A stretch of 29,485 bases of DNA from Chiloscyllium plagiosum (Eukaryota): the NCBI RefSeq assembly GCF_004010195.1, contig NC_057749.1:20473782-20503266 (forward strand). The letters run 5' to 3'. Positions 10,316 to 22,277 of the stretch are shown here, in pieces. How positions within the stretch are numbered: position 1 is the first letter of the stretch; each line of letters starts with the position of its first letter. Both the position numbers and the translations under genes were made by a program. Below the pieces are notes generated by a model. The model was not told the DNA's origin, did not search any database, and was given only the letters and a program-made list of their open reading frames with translations.

Positions 10316-10634
10316 CACCCAATCATGAAAGGCTGAGCTTTCTAAGTTTGGTAGAGCTGTGGAAAAAAAATGTCTGAGGGGGAGGTAAAGTAAAGTCGCC
10401 ACTCAAATACATACTGTTGGCAAATGATTGAATGCAGTCAGCAGACACAGACAGAAGTAATGTTTTTTGGTTTTTCGAGGAGTCAGTTCTGAAGGCAAAC
10501 TCTGAGAAGTTTGTCTCCATTAGTCAGACTGAATCAATCATCAAAAAGAGTAATTTAACCGTTTATGGGACTGATGGATTTCAAACCCAACAATATATCC
10601 GAAGCCCAGAAGGTGCATTAGATTATATTTTTAT

Positions 10635-11045
10635 TGTCATACAACCTGGAAACAGACCCTTTAGTCCCATGCGAAACATAATCCCAAACTAAACTAGTCC
10701 CACCTGCCTGCTCCTGCCCCATATCACTCCAAATGCTTCCTATTCATCCTTATCAAAGTGTCTTTTAAACGTTGTGATTGCGCCCACATCCATCACTTCC
10801 TCAGGAAGTTCATTCCACAGGCGAACCACCCACTGGGTAAAAAATCTGCCCATCGTGCCTTTCTAAAATCTCTCTCCTCTCACCTTAAATACATGCCTGC
10901 TAGTCTCGAAATCCCCAATTCTACAGAAAAGACACCCATCATTAACCCCATCTATACCCCTCATGATTTTATAAACTTGTAGAAGGTCATCTCTCAACCT
11001 CCCACGGCTCCAGTGAAAGACGCCCCAACCTCTCTTTATAACTTG
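10635..11045 (-). mobile_element. CR1 (HER1-like) LINE 3' end
   Basis: Minus ORF 'RLRDDLLQVYKIMRGIDGVN...FKVRGERF', plus the CR1 3' UTR and tail. Confidence 0.88.
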
Positions 11046-11099
11046 TTCTTGAATTCGGTTTTGAATCTGCTTGAGATGGAGGTGAAAGAAAGACAATTT

Positions 11100-11335
11100 G
11101 CCCAAGATCCTTAAACACCACGTTCCAAAACCATGATCATGTCTATCCAGAAGGACAAGGGCAGCAGATACATGGGTACATCACGACCTGCAAGCCCCCC
11201 TCCAATCCAGTCACCATCCTGACTTGGAAATAGATCATGGTTCCTTCAAGGTCACTGGACTAAAATCCTGGATGGCAGCACTGAGGGTTGACTTGCGCAA
11301 ATGGACTGTAGCAGTTCTAGAAGGCAGCTGACTGA
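11100..11335 (+). mobile_element. LINE 3' UTR copy (same family as 8310-8620)
   Basis: 'agaaggacaagggcagcagatacatggg', 'cctgacttggaaat', 'gcagttctagaaggcagct'. Confidence 0.7.
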
Positions 11336-12431
11336 TCAATGAATGATACTGACAGCATGAATTCAAAGAAAACCCTCTGGTCTGTTTAGCCACCCTGCTT
11401 CCTGACCTCCTTTTTCAAATTTATCATCTGTATTGTACATTAAGTGTTAAATGTTCTGTTTTCATATTTCCTCTCAGATTTATTAGTTATTGAAACTCCA
11501 GTCTCTTTCATTTTAGAAAAATTTGGAATTGACCATCTTTCATTTTTGATGAGATTAAGTAAATTTAACTGAATTGTAATAGCTACGTACTAAAAAAACA
11601 AAATATTTTTTGCGACTGTTGTAACTCAAATTATAAAAATAATTAGTTCTCAGTTTCCTTCCCTCTTCACACAAGCTTCAGTATTGACTACACAGTACAG
11701 CAAAACAGCATTCCTGCAAACTACACTTCAAGTACCAGATGAAACTACAAGAGCAATTTACTTCATCAATTAGTGACAATAAATCTCAAGTGAATGATAA
11801 AGCACTGCCCTGATGGAAGAGTGGTACAGAGGGATCTCCCTGATGACTATTTTACTTGTCTAATTGATGTTTGAATTGCAGAAATTTCTGCTTTGTTGCA
11901 AAATTGTCCCTTCCACTTGTCTGATTGCTTTGCAGTGGGGAAAAAAAAGTATAAATTATGAATGATCTTTACTGAACCAGAAGCTGTTTATTGGATATTT
12001 TTAATCTTCTACTGTTCTTCTTGATTTTTAGACACTAGACTTGGGTTTAGGGGCCTCTTTTTCATTTTAACTAGCTCATTTAAAATCAGTAGAGTTAAAG
12101 TACCTTCTGTATTGATGCTGATTATATCTTTAAATTTGCATCAGGGACAGTAGTACAAAATTCAAACTTCACAAGACAAATGACCAGTAGTGCATCTCTA
12201 CCACCGCACTAGGGCATGAAGTCGGTTATTAAAGCCATCCACCTGCACCCAGAACTGGAAAACCAGCACCCTCTCTGCCCAGCAATGCACTCAGTGTCTC
12301 AATCCCATCACTACCACCTTGAAGTGTGATCACTGACTTGCTTGTCACTGCAAAAAGAAAAAGAAAAATCACTGGATACAAAATCTTCCTGACAATATTG
12401 CAGAGTGCTTATTCACTGAATAACCAGAATT

Positions 12432-12624
12432 TTAGATTAGATTAGATTCCCTACAACGTGGAAACAGGCCCTTTGGCCCAAACGACCCTCCAAAGAGTAA
12501 CCCACCCAGACCCATTTCCCTCTGACTAATGCACCTAGCGCTATGGGCAATTTAGCATGGCTAATTCACCTGACCTGCACATCTTTGGACTGAGAGGGGA
12601 AACCGGAGTACCCGAAGGAAACCC
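12432..12624 (-). mobile_element. HE1-type (V-SINE) SINE, 5'-truncated
   Basis: Reverse complement of the 3' part of 26270-26560, with a (TCTAA)n tail read as ttagattagattag. Confidence 0.88.
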
Positions 12625-13014
12625 TTTAGTTTATAATATAATAGTTTTAACCATCACTAGGTTATGGATGGGGTGTCAATGGCAGTGAGATCACAGGCAC
12701 TGCAACTGTATGGGCAGGGAGTCCATTCCTTGGAGGTGTGAGACAGCAAACTCAGCCAATGAATTAATCGGATCCATTTTTGTCATACTGAACTGTCCAG
12801 GAGACCGAGAAAAGCCTTGCTCTTTTACTTGAAAACAGCCCTGGGGTCGGAGGTTCGTGACTCAAGATCTTAAGAGAAAGACAATCCTTAGAACTCCTAA
12901 TGCTGTGAGGATTATCAGTAAAGCACCAGCACAGATTATAAATTCAAGATTCTGGAATGAGATTTGTTCAACCTTCTCAGAGGGACACAGCTACCAGGAG
13001 CATTCTCAGAGTCT

Positions 13015-13104
13015 GAGTCGATAAAATGTGGAGCTGGAAAAAGCACAGCAGGTCAAGCTGCATCTGAGGAGCAGGACAGTCGACATTTCAGGCAGGACCC
13101 TTCA
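13015..13104 (-). mobile_element. Penelope-like terminal repeat, single arm with 11-bp TSD
   Basis: Flanked by perfect tctcagagtct at 13004-13014 and 13105-13115. The minus strand begins gatgaagggtcctgcctgaaatgtc, a truncated hammerhead core. Confidence 0.82.
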
Positions 13105-13149
13105 TCTCAGAGTCTATTCTCTGTCACAATTCATTATACTCTTCAATTA

Positions 13150-13992
13150 TGGAGTGATACAGCACAGAAACAGACCATCCAGTCTAACTCATCCATGCTG
13201 ATCAGACATCCTAAACCCATCTAGTCCCATTTGTCAGCATTTGTCCCACATCCCACTAAATCCTTCCTATTCATATGCCCATACAGACACCTTTTAAAAC
13301 GTATTAATTGTACCAGCCTCCACCACTTCCTCTGACAGCTCATTCTATTCACTCACTACCCTCTGAATGAAAAAGTTGCCCATTAGGTCCCTTTTAAATC
13401 TTTCCTCCCCTCATCTTAAAACTATGTCCTCTAGCTTTGGACTCCCCAACCCTAGGAAAAAAAAAAGACCTTGGCTGCTCACCCTATCCATGCCCCTTAT
13501 GATTTTATAAACTTCTACAAAGGTCATCCCTCAGCCTCAAACTCCAGTGGGAAAATTCCCAGCCCATTCAGCCTTTCCCTACAGCTCAAACTCTCCAAAC
13601 CCGGCAACATCTTGGTAAACCCTGAAGTGGTTCAGAAAAAAATTACACAACATCCTTCCTATACCAGAACTGAATGCAATATTCTAAAAAGTGGCCTCAT
13701 CAATATCCTATACAGCTGCAACATGACATCCAATTCCTATACTCCATGCACTGACTAATAAAGGTAAGCATGCTAAACACCCCTTTCACCACCCTCTCTG
13801 CTTGCAACCCCACTTCCAAGGAACTATGTACCTACATCCCTTTGTTCAGCAACATTCTCCAGGGTCCTACCATTAACTGTACAAGTCCTGTCATGGTTTG
13901 CCTTACTAAAATGCAATACCTCACATTTACCTAAATTAAAGTTGATCTGCCACTCCTCGGCCCATTGGCCTATCTGATCAAGGTCCCATTGG
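13150..13992 (-). mobile_element. CR1 (HER1-like) LINE 3' fragment
   Basis: Colinear with 20802-21600 and with the rc of 25817-26190 and 28118-28590. Confidence 0.88.
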
Positions 13993-14271
13993 ACTGGGGC
14001 TCTAGATCGCTAGCCCAATAATATTACCTGTACACCACCATTTCCCCCACTATGATACTGCCGAATGGAGGATCGACAAAGGATTGGCATAGGTAGTAAC
14101 TGTCTTCTGCTGCAAAGCAGCAAACAAGGGACACAGCTGTCAGGCGAAGTACCAAAACACAAATTGACATCGTGTCTTTAAAAATACAGTATCAACTTAA
14201 GATTGCACCATATTTGTCTCCCAACAGCAATGACAAAGAAATAAGCTGCAGTTGTGTGCTGCGTGTAGTAC

Positions 14272-14323
14272 CTTTCCACTTCAGCTTTCAGTGCTCCTCG
14301 CAGATCCTTCTCCTTCCGAGAAT
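14272..14323 (-). CDS. KTI12: KTI12 internal coding exon (most 5' one found; 52 nt, phase 1 to phase 2)
   Basis: Minus strand tgttttatgtattatag|ATTCTCGG...GTGGAAAG|gtacta. Encodes (D)SRKEKDLRGALKAEVE(R), matching the KTI12 'DS..EK.LRGAL.A.VER' segment. Its phase joins the 9070-9122 exon. Confidence 0.93.
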
Positions 14324-16115
14324 CTATAATACATAAAACAATCAATAATTCGTGTTTAGTCTCACTCTTGTGAGACTAAATTCCAGACAAATATGAAGTT
14401 ACATTAATTACGCTCTTTCAGCAATACATTAATCGCTCCTGTACAAAGGTTTCATTAAGTAAAAACCAGGAAAGTCTATTAAGCAAAGCTGTTTTCAAAT
14501 CACCCCTTCCACCAAATACTGTATTATTACATACAAAACCACCTAACATAAGATCCAGCCAACAAGGTCTCAACTCAGAAAAGTGCCACTATGTGCGAAA
14601 TGGGACTTAATATGAGCAAATTTTTCATTACTTGTATTCTTAACTTTGACAGGGGCTGTTCACTTTTTTCCCCCCAAACTTATTAATTTGTTTTGACTGA
14701 AAAGCTATCAAAATGTTTCAAATAACCATGCACTAAGGGATTGATGCATTGACACCATTTATCCATGAGCTGGTTCAGTGCTCGCATCTTCTGAGCATCT
14801 GATGTCCCCTCCTACCAATCCACACAAAAACAAGCCATTTGTTAATAAACAAGAAAACCTAGGAACTTGCGATTTTATTTCTCACTCCGTAGTGGTTACA
14901 CAGCATTTTGTAATACAAGAATACTGCATTATCAAAGAACATAGTCACTGTCCACAGGAAATGTAGGAAAGGACGTTTATAGTAATGAATGCACAATCAG
15001 AGAAAACTCAAGTCACAAAAATCTTAATTCTCACAAAAAAAGTCACGCAAATTCTCAAGTGCTGAAATTGTTTTGCCCCAGTTCAGAATGAAATTTCAGA
15101 ATTTTCAGTGCCTACTTCGTCTCTTTTCCTTCCCTGCTTTAATAAAAATAAATCTCAGTATCTCACCACTCGCTTCACAAGAACTGTCTCCTCACAAGTG
15201 TATGTTGCACACAGTCTAATAGTCTGCATATGTTGTAGTGGTAAAAACTGCATATAATAGACAAATTGTGGCCAACCTATTACCTCAGACATATTGAGCA
15301 CTATCTCAACAGTCTTCCAATCTATGCGTGACTTATAAAACACTTCTTTATTCTGTGGCTTTTAACTCCTTCAAATGCATGCTTATTTTGGTTCGTTCAA
15401 GATGTGCATTAATTGGCTTGGTAACAACCAGTTAAAACCATTCAACAAATTGTTAACTGTATCAACAGCACGCATTACACTCCAAAATCTTTAATCCTCA
15501 GTCTGTATCGCCCCTTTGCTCCAACCAACTATATTCAGAACGCGTTACCATTTAACTAAAATTAGAAAATGGAAATATATAAAATAAATGCATGGCAGTT
15601 TTTGGTAAATTAGTCAATTTAAGACAAATAATGAAAAACGATGGCTAATGCGATGCACAATCATAATAGAGATGGCCAGAATTTTTTTTGTTTTGCAGAC
15701 ATGAAGGATGTGTTAACAATTAAGAAATCACAAAATTAAAGGGGGAAAAAAAAACTATAAAATGGGTCATTAAGTCTACTTAGCTGTTGGGCTCAGAAAG
15801 CTGGGTGATAAGAAAAAGATCTGCAGAAATATTAAGTCTTTGAGATATAGAGAGTTAGACTGATTCTAAAAATTCTATAAACAGACTATAAGACAAAAAT
15901 ATAGAGCTGCTTGAAACTGCAGGAGCAAAAAAAAAGAAAGGACACAAAGTCACATCCAGAAAAGGAAGCGTCAGTATTTCGACAGTTTGATCAGAGTTGA
16001 AAAGCTACAGAGATCTCTTCTAGAGGGCGAAGTGGGGACTGTGGAAGGTGGTGGTTTGACTTGGGCGTTGCTGGATGTGTGAAGATTGAGCCAGACGGAT
16101 GAGTGTGGTCCCACG

Positions 16116-16730
16116 TGTGACGATGCTGCTCCTTTTACAAGGTTATGTTGTCCTTGGTTGTTTTCCACCCCCCCCACCACAGACAGGTCATAAAAGATAC
16201 AGACTCCGAAAAATCTAAGTTGAAGGGTTTTAGGGATAATTTGATTACAGCTAACAGATAAAAGCCTTTTGCCTGAGGAAAAAACTTCTACAATGAAAGG
16301 GAAGTGGCCAGTTCTCCCAGCTCAGCTTTTCTCTGGTTTAGTTTGGTTTTAGCACAGTAGAGTTGAAAAAGCTGCTGGACCCCAAAGAAGCAAGTCCATG
16401 CTGGTACTCTCTCTGACATCTGTCCTGTAAGACCCTGGGTTTGATTTTACCTTGTGTGCCAGGGGGTGTTTATGGGGATTGTTGCAAGTACTGGGAACAG
16501 CATCAAGTTGGTACAATCTGCTGGGTTTTCAGACAGGTTAAGTTAGTCTGTTCTCTTTTGTTTGTGTTTCACTCTGTACTCTGCGAATAAATTCTGTTTT
16601 GTTTAAAACTAAGTGGGTTGACCAGTTGCATCACTCCTGGAGTTATACTAGCTTAAAACACCTAGCAAAGAGAGTGTGTTTGGGCCACTTTCTTGAAATG
16701 CTTTGAGGGGGTCAGGCTTGGTCCATAATA
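16116..16730 (+). mobile_element. Probable solo LTR (Gypsy-like), 615 bp
   Basis: Starts TGTGAC and ends CCATAATA (a likely decayed ...ATAACA). Flanked by cacg/caca (4-bp TSD with a CpG-type change). Internal cataaaa near 16189 and AATAAA near 16586. Confidence 0.6.
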
Positions 16731-17004
16731 CACAACAGCACACTGTCTGACAGCAGCAGCAGCAATAAATGCAAGGGATAGGATTACACCCACAGGTTTG
16801 GTCCAATTATTCCATCCCTTAAACCATTTCTTGTGAAGACTACATTTGGACTGGTCTCCCATTCTGCAATATCACCAGAGGGTTAAAGTTACTATAGCAA
16901 ATACAATTTAAATTATTTACCAAGTGATTTAATCGGCTTTGGCAGCACAGGTGGCCACTGAGTAAGATAAGGGCCCATGGTGTCACAGGCAAGGTGCTAG
17001 CATG

Positions 17005-18335
17005 GATAGATGCTCATCTGTCTGGCAGAAAGCAGAGAGTGGAGATAAGAGTCCTTCTCAGGATGACAGCCGGTGACAAGTGGTGTTCCACAGGGCTCAG
17101 TGTTGGAACCACAACTTTCCACTTTATACATTAACAATTTAGATGAAGGTGCTGAGTGCAGACGATACAAAGATAGGTCGAGGGACAGGTAACATTGAGG
17201 AGATGAGGAGGCTGCAAAAGGATTTGAGCAGGTTAGGAGAGTGGGCAAAGAAGTGGCAGATGGAGTGCAATGTGGGAAAGTGTAAGATCATGCACTTTGG
17301 TAGTAAGAATAGAGGCATGGACTATTTTCTAAATGGGGAGAAAATTCAGAAATCTGAAGAAGTGCAAGGAGACTTGGGTGTTTTAGTCCAGGTTCTGAAG
17401 ATAAACTTGCAGGTCAAGTCAGTAGTTAGGAAGGCAAATGCAATGATGCCATTTATTTTGAAAAGACTTGAATATAAAAGCAGGGATGTAGTGCTGAAAC
17501 TCTAAGGTTCTGGTCAGGCCACATTTGCAGTATTGTACACAATTGAGCCCAATATCTCAGGAAGGGTGTACTGGCCTTGGAGAGTGTTCAGAGGAGGTTC
17601 ACGAGAATGGTCCCAGAAATGAAAAGCTTAGCATATGAGGAATGTTTGAGGTCTCTGGGTTCGTACTCAATAGAACTTAGAAGGATGGGGCTGGGGGGGG
17701 AATCTAATTGAAACTTACAGAATACTGAACAGCCTCGACAGAGTAGATATTAGGAAAATGTTTCCATTGGTAGGAGAGACTCGGACCTGGGGGCACAGCC
17801 TTAGAGTAAAGGGAAGACACTTTAGGACTTCGATAAGGAGAAACGTCTTCAGCCAGAGTGGTGAATCTTTGGAATTCATTGCCACAGAAAGCTATGGAGA
17901 TCAGGTCATCGAGTACATTTAGATTAGATTCCCTACAGTGTGGAAACAGGCCCTTCAACACAACAACCCTCCAAAGGGTAACCCATCCTGACCCATTCCC
18001 CAACCCTATATTTACCCCTGACTAATGCACCTAACACTACGGGCAATTTAGCACATCTTTGGACTGTGGGAGGAAAGCAGAGCACCCGGAGGAAACCCAC
18101 GCAGACACGGGGAGAATGTGCAAACTCCACACAGACAGTCGCCCGAGGCAGGAGTCAAACCTGGGTCCCTGGCGCTGAGAGACAACAGTGCTAACCACTG
18201 ATAAATAGGTTCTTGTGTATCAAGGGTTACAGGGATAAAGCGGGAGAATGAGGCTGAGAAACTTATCAGCCATGATTGAAAGGTGGAGCAAAATCAATGG
18301 GCTGAATGGCCTAATTTCTGATCATCTCTCTTATG
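17005..18335 (+). mobile_element. CR1 LINE, RT C-terminal half to 3' UTR, interrupted by an HE1 SINE
   Basis: 'SGVPQGSVL', 'ADDTKIG', 'LQKDLSRLGEWAKKWQMECNVGKCKIMHFG', 'DLGVLV'. Confidence 0.92.
17918..18200 (-). mobile_element. HE1-type SINE nested in CR1
   Basis: rc of tRNA-derived head (cagtggttagcactg...gggtttgactcc), V-SINE core (gtgtctgcgtgggtttcctccgggtgctc) and TCTAA tail. The CR1 resumes at 18201. Confidence 0.92.
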
Positions 18336-19489
18336 GACACTTTCAGTTACATCTTTTATCCTTTTATTCTTAAACCACTCAAAATGGTGCCGGGTTGTGG
18401 CAACAGTTGAGCCTTTTCATTGTACTTTACTGTATTATTCACTGTAAAATGCAAGTGACAGTAAATCAATCCATGAATCATAAATCTCTGCCAATTGTGC
18501 TGTATATTTTTATTTAACCATTATGGCAATTTGCCAATTTTGAGAAATTGGAGGAATTATGGGACTGGATGACACACGAGTATTCAACAAACAGAGTCAT
18601 TGGGGTTATATTAACCTCCCCAGATGGGACAGCCACTGCATCAGACAGAAAGTGAGTTGCACTCCTCATCCTAACATTACTCATCAAATTTAATGGATGG
18701 TAAAAATTGAGCAAAGTGCAAAACCAACATTGCGCCGAATCTTACAAGATACCTGACTGGCAATTTTGATTAAAATTAGGCACAGTATAAAAATCAATGT
18801 AATCAACATTCATTCAATAAACTAAACTCCAAGTTATGTTAATAAAACTAATGTGAAAAGGGTATTTTTTTCCCTTTTGTCTCCATCTCAAAACATTCAG
18901 TTATAGCAAAGCAGGAACTGCTAAAATTCAATAACCAAATGCAGTTAAAACAAGTCAAATCCTTCCTACCAAGACGTAGCTCAAATATGCTGCACCATTC
19001 TTGCTGCAGTCTTTACAATTACATCATACTCATGGAGATATGCAGATAGAGCACACTTAGTAGCCTGATACACCACGTTTTTAAAAAAAGCCGGAAATTT
19101 CCCAAGCCAAGTTAATGACTGAATCTAGCATCAAACATGTCAATGGATAAGAGACAAGCTAAAGGTTCTGAAGCCATTGGTTGTGTTAGGAGAAGGGTAA
19201 TGAGATTGGGAAAAAGTACTACACAAGAATCCTCGTGGGCTAGTTTTGGGGCCCATTATATCCGAGTAATGACTCGGGATTCAGAGACTGAGTGTAAAGA
19301 TCAAAATTACGTGATCAGCTTGCCCATAGGGAAAAATTATAAAAAGGTGATGCAAGTAACACCAGCATGATGGTAAAATAGGTTTAAGAGAAGGCAAAGT
19401 ACAATCAACAGTGAATCTGAATAATGCCTAGCAGAAACAAAGCAGGTTTAATTTTACAGAGATACTGTGGTCACATGAACAAATGCATT

Positions 19490-19915
19490 GACAACATTTG
19501 GTCCCTTCAGCCTGCTCCTCCGTTCAATAGGAACACAACCTGATTATGGCCTCAACTCCCCAGTTTTCCAACTATCCCCATCATACTTGAGTTGATCAAA
19601 AATCAGCCTTGGCCATATGCAATGATTCAGCCTCCAATGCTCTGAGAAAGTCAATTCCATTGACAGTGGGTGGGTGGGGTGAAAGAAATGTAAGACTCTA
19701 GACTTAAATGGAAGACACCTTGTTTTTTAAAACTGTCAGCCCCCTCCCCCATGTGGTTTTACACTCTACTCAGAGAAGAAGCATCCTCTCAGCATCCATT
19801 CTGTCAAGTGCCTCGGGATCTTAGATGTTTCAACAGGACAACCTCTCATTCTGCTAAATTTCAAACAGTACAGGCCCAACCTTTCCTCGTACAACAATTC
19901 CTTGATCCAATGTAT
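19490..19915 (-). mobile_element. Old CR1 LINE 3' fragment
   Basis: 'cccttcagcctgctcctccgttcaatagga', 'ctcagcatccattctgtcaagt', 'cctctcattctgctaaat' are the rc of a CR1 3' end. Confidence 0.6.
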
Positions 19916-19964
19916 CAGCTGCAATAGATTTCAGAGTGTGTAACAAGCATGACAGATGTCCAGT

Positions 19965-20020
19965 CATTACTGTAACATAGGAAAGCAATAGCTAATTTGG
20001 ACATAGCAAGCTTCCATAAA
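19965..20020 (-). mobile_element. DeuSINE core fragment
   Basis: rc reads tttatggaagcttgctatgtccaaattagctattgctttcctatgttacagt, a Deu-domain match similar to 3590-3630. Confidence 0.55.
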
Positions 20021-20801
20021 AATTAATAGGTTGTAGCATGCATCTTACAGCATGTCAGGCACAGATCCAAGTGCTGTTTAAATGATTTGGAGGCTTCCAC
20101 CTCCACCAAACACGGCAGCAAGTTCCAGACACCCATCACCAATGCTCCCTCTAATGTTTCTTCCTGAGGTACAGACGTCCAAAGACCAAGCGTTGTAGCA
20201 GCTTCCACAAGCTGATCGGCATCTACAGAACCTTCCAGCAGTTAGGCAGCCACACAGTTTAGATGGAATGCTGCAAACCACCCCCACCTTTGCCTCTGGA
20301 TGAAAAGGTTTTTCAAGTCTCTTCCAGTCCCTTAAATCTGTGCTTCTGGTAACTGACCACTGCTGTGGCAAATAGATCTTCATGTCTACTTCAAGCCCCT
20401 CACTTATTTTGTATTTCTCAATTAAGTCACCCTTTCACCTCCTCCGTTTTAAGAGCAGCCCTATCCTATTCGATCTTCCTTCATATCTACAATTTTCAAG
20501 CTCTGACAACATTCTTGTAAATCTCCTTAGTATTCTGTCTAGAGCACTGATGCCCTTTGTAGTGAACAGAGCTGTACAAATAGCTCTAGCTTTGGCCTAA
20601 GCAGTTCCAGTATTACATCCCGAATTTCTATTCAATACCCTACCCAATGAAGGATAGTATCCCACATGCCTATTTCACCACCTGCCACCTTCAGAGACCT
20701 CGAGACATGTATTCCAAGGTCCCTCACTTCTACTCATTTCAATATCTTCCTGTTTATATCCTTGCTTTGTTTGCCCACCCAAAATGCATAACTTCACATT
20801 T

Positions 20802-21916
20802 AGAGTCATAGAGATGTACAGCACGGAAACAAACCCTTCAGTCCAAATCGTCCATGCCGACCAGATATCCTAAATTAATCTAACTCCATTAGGGCCATAT
20901 CTCTTTAACCCCTTCCTATTCATATATCCACTCAGATGCCTTTTAAAATGTTGTAATTGTACCAGCCTCCACCACTCCTCTCGTAGTTAATTCCATACAC
21001 GCACTACCCTCTGCATGAAAATGTTGTCCCTTAGGTCCCTTGAAAATCTTTCCCCTCTCACCTTAAACCTATGCACTATTCCTTTGGACTTCCCTACCCT
21101 GAGGAAAAAACCTCAGCTATTCACCCTATCCATGCTCCTAATGATTTTATAAACCTCTATACGATCACTCCTCAGCCTCCGATGCTCCAGGGAAGATAGC
21201 ACCAGCCTATTTAGATTCTCCCTCTAGCTCAAACTCTCCAACCATGGCAACATACTTGTAAATCCTTTCTGAACCCTTTCAAGTTTAACAACATCTTTCC
21301 TATAGCAGGGAGACCAGAATTGAATGCAGTATGCCAAAAGTGGCCTAACCAAACTCCTGTACAGCTGCAACATGACCTCCCAACACCTATTCTCAATGGA
21401 CTGACAAATAAAGACAAGCGTACAAAATGCCTTGTACACTACCCTGCAACTCCACTTTCAAGGAACTATGCACTTCAAGGTCTCTTTGTTTGGTAGCACT
21501 CCCCAGGACCTTACCATTAAGTGCATAAGTCCTGCTCTGATTTGCTATACCAAAATGTAGCACCTCACATTTATCTAGGTTAAACTCCATCGCCACTCCT
21601 TGGTCCCATTGTACTCTGAGGCAACCTTCTTCACAGTCCACTACACCACCAATTTGGGTGTCATTTGCAAATTTACTAACCATACTTCCTATATACACAT
21701 CCAAATTATTTACAAAATGACAAAAAACAGTGGACCCAGCACTGATCCCTGCGGCACAACCCTGATCACAGTCCTCCAGTCCAAACAGCAAACCCATACC
21801 ACCACCCTCTAAGCAGAATATATAGTTTACAGCTGCAAAGAAAATGCAAGAAAGATCAACTCTAATATATTCGAGGTTCATTTATAAGTTCTAGCAAGTT
21901 TTGTATCCAAATAGCT
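20802..21916 (-). mobile_element. Younger CR1 (HER1-like) LINE 3' ~1.1 kb
   Basis: 'SKFANDTQIGGVVD', 'MEFNLDKCEVLHFG', 'LYRSLVRPLLAYCIQFWSP', 'LERVQKGFT'. The tail ends at rc 'atctctatgactcta'. Confidence 0.92.
21812..21892 (-). mobile_element. Short Rex1/Babar 3' UTR fragment inside CR1
   Basis: Close reverse complement of 23769-23846. Confidence 0.8.
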
Positions 21917-21917
21917 A

Positions 21918-22277
21918 TCGTACATACTCGAGTAACAGTCAATTTTTTAACTACTTTTTAAGGTTAAATTTACGGGGTCGACTATTACATGGATACTACT
22001 TTTCAGGGTCTCAAATTCATGCCCATAAAAATTCATACCGTATCATTAGCAGAAGCCCAAGTGATCTCTAAACGAATAATTACAAAAAACAAAAGTCTGG
22101 CAATTATGAAAACCCAGAGCGTAATTTAACAGCCCGCGGACTGGAAGACCAGGAGTGGAGCGCAACAATGGCAGACTGGAAAGCTGCAGCAGGACGTGAC
22201 AGCTGGCACAGTGACTCAAACATTGATCTGTTATCTGTGAAGAACTAGGGTTGACTTTTACACAAGATATATGGATC
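21918..22277. mobile_element. Probable non-autonomous Tc1/mariner-superfamily (Tc2/pogo-type) MITE
   Basis: Left end tcgtacatactcgagtaacagtcaa and right-end rc ccatatatcttgtgtaaaagtcaa form degenerate TIRs resembling CCGTATATACTCGAGTATAAG. Internal sub-repeat ggggtcgactattac / gggttgacttttac. Confidence 0.55.

Noticed and set aside
11678..11769. Minus-strand C/D box snoRNA (TGATGA...CTGA)
   Set aside because: No convincing terminal stem or recognisable rRNA/snRNA guide; such boxes arise by chance.
15283..15320. Minus-strand ag...gag|gtaata mini-exon
   Set aside because: The frame needed to join the next exon contains a stop, and there is no KTI12 similarity.
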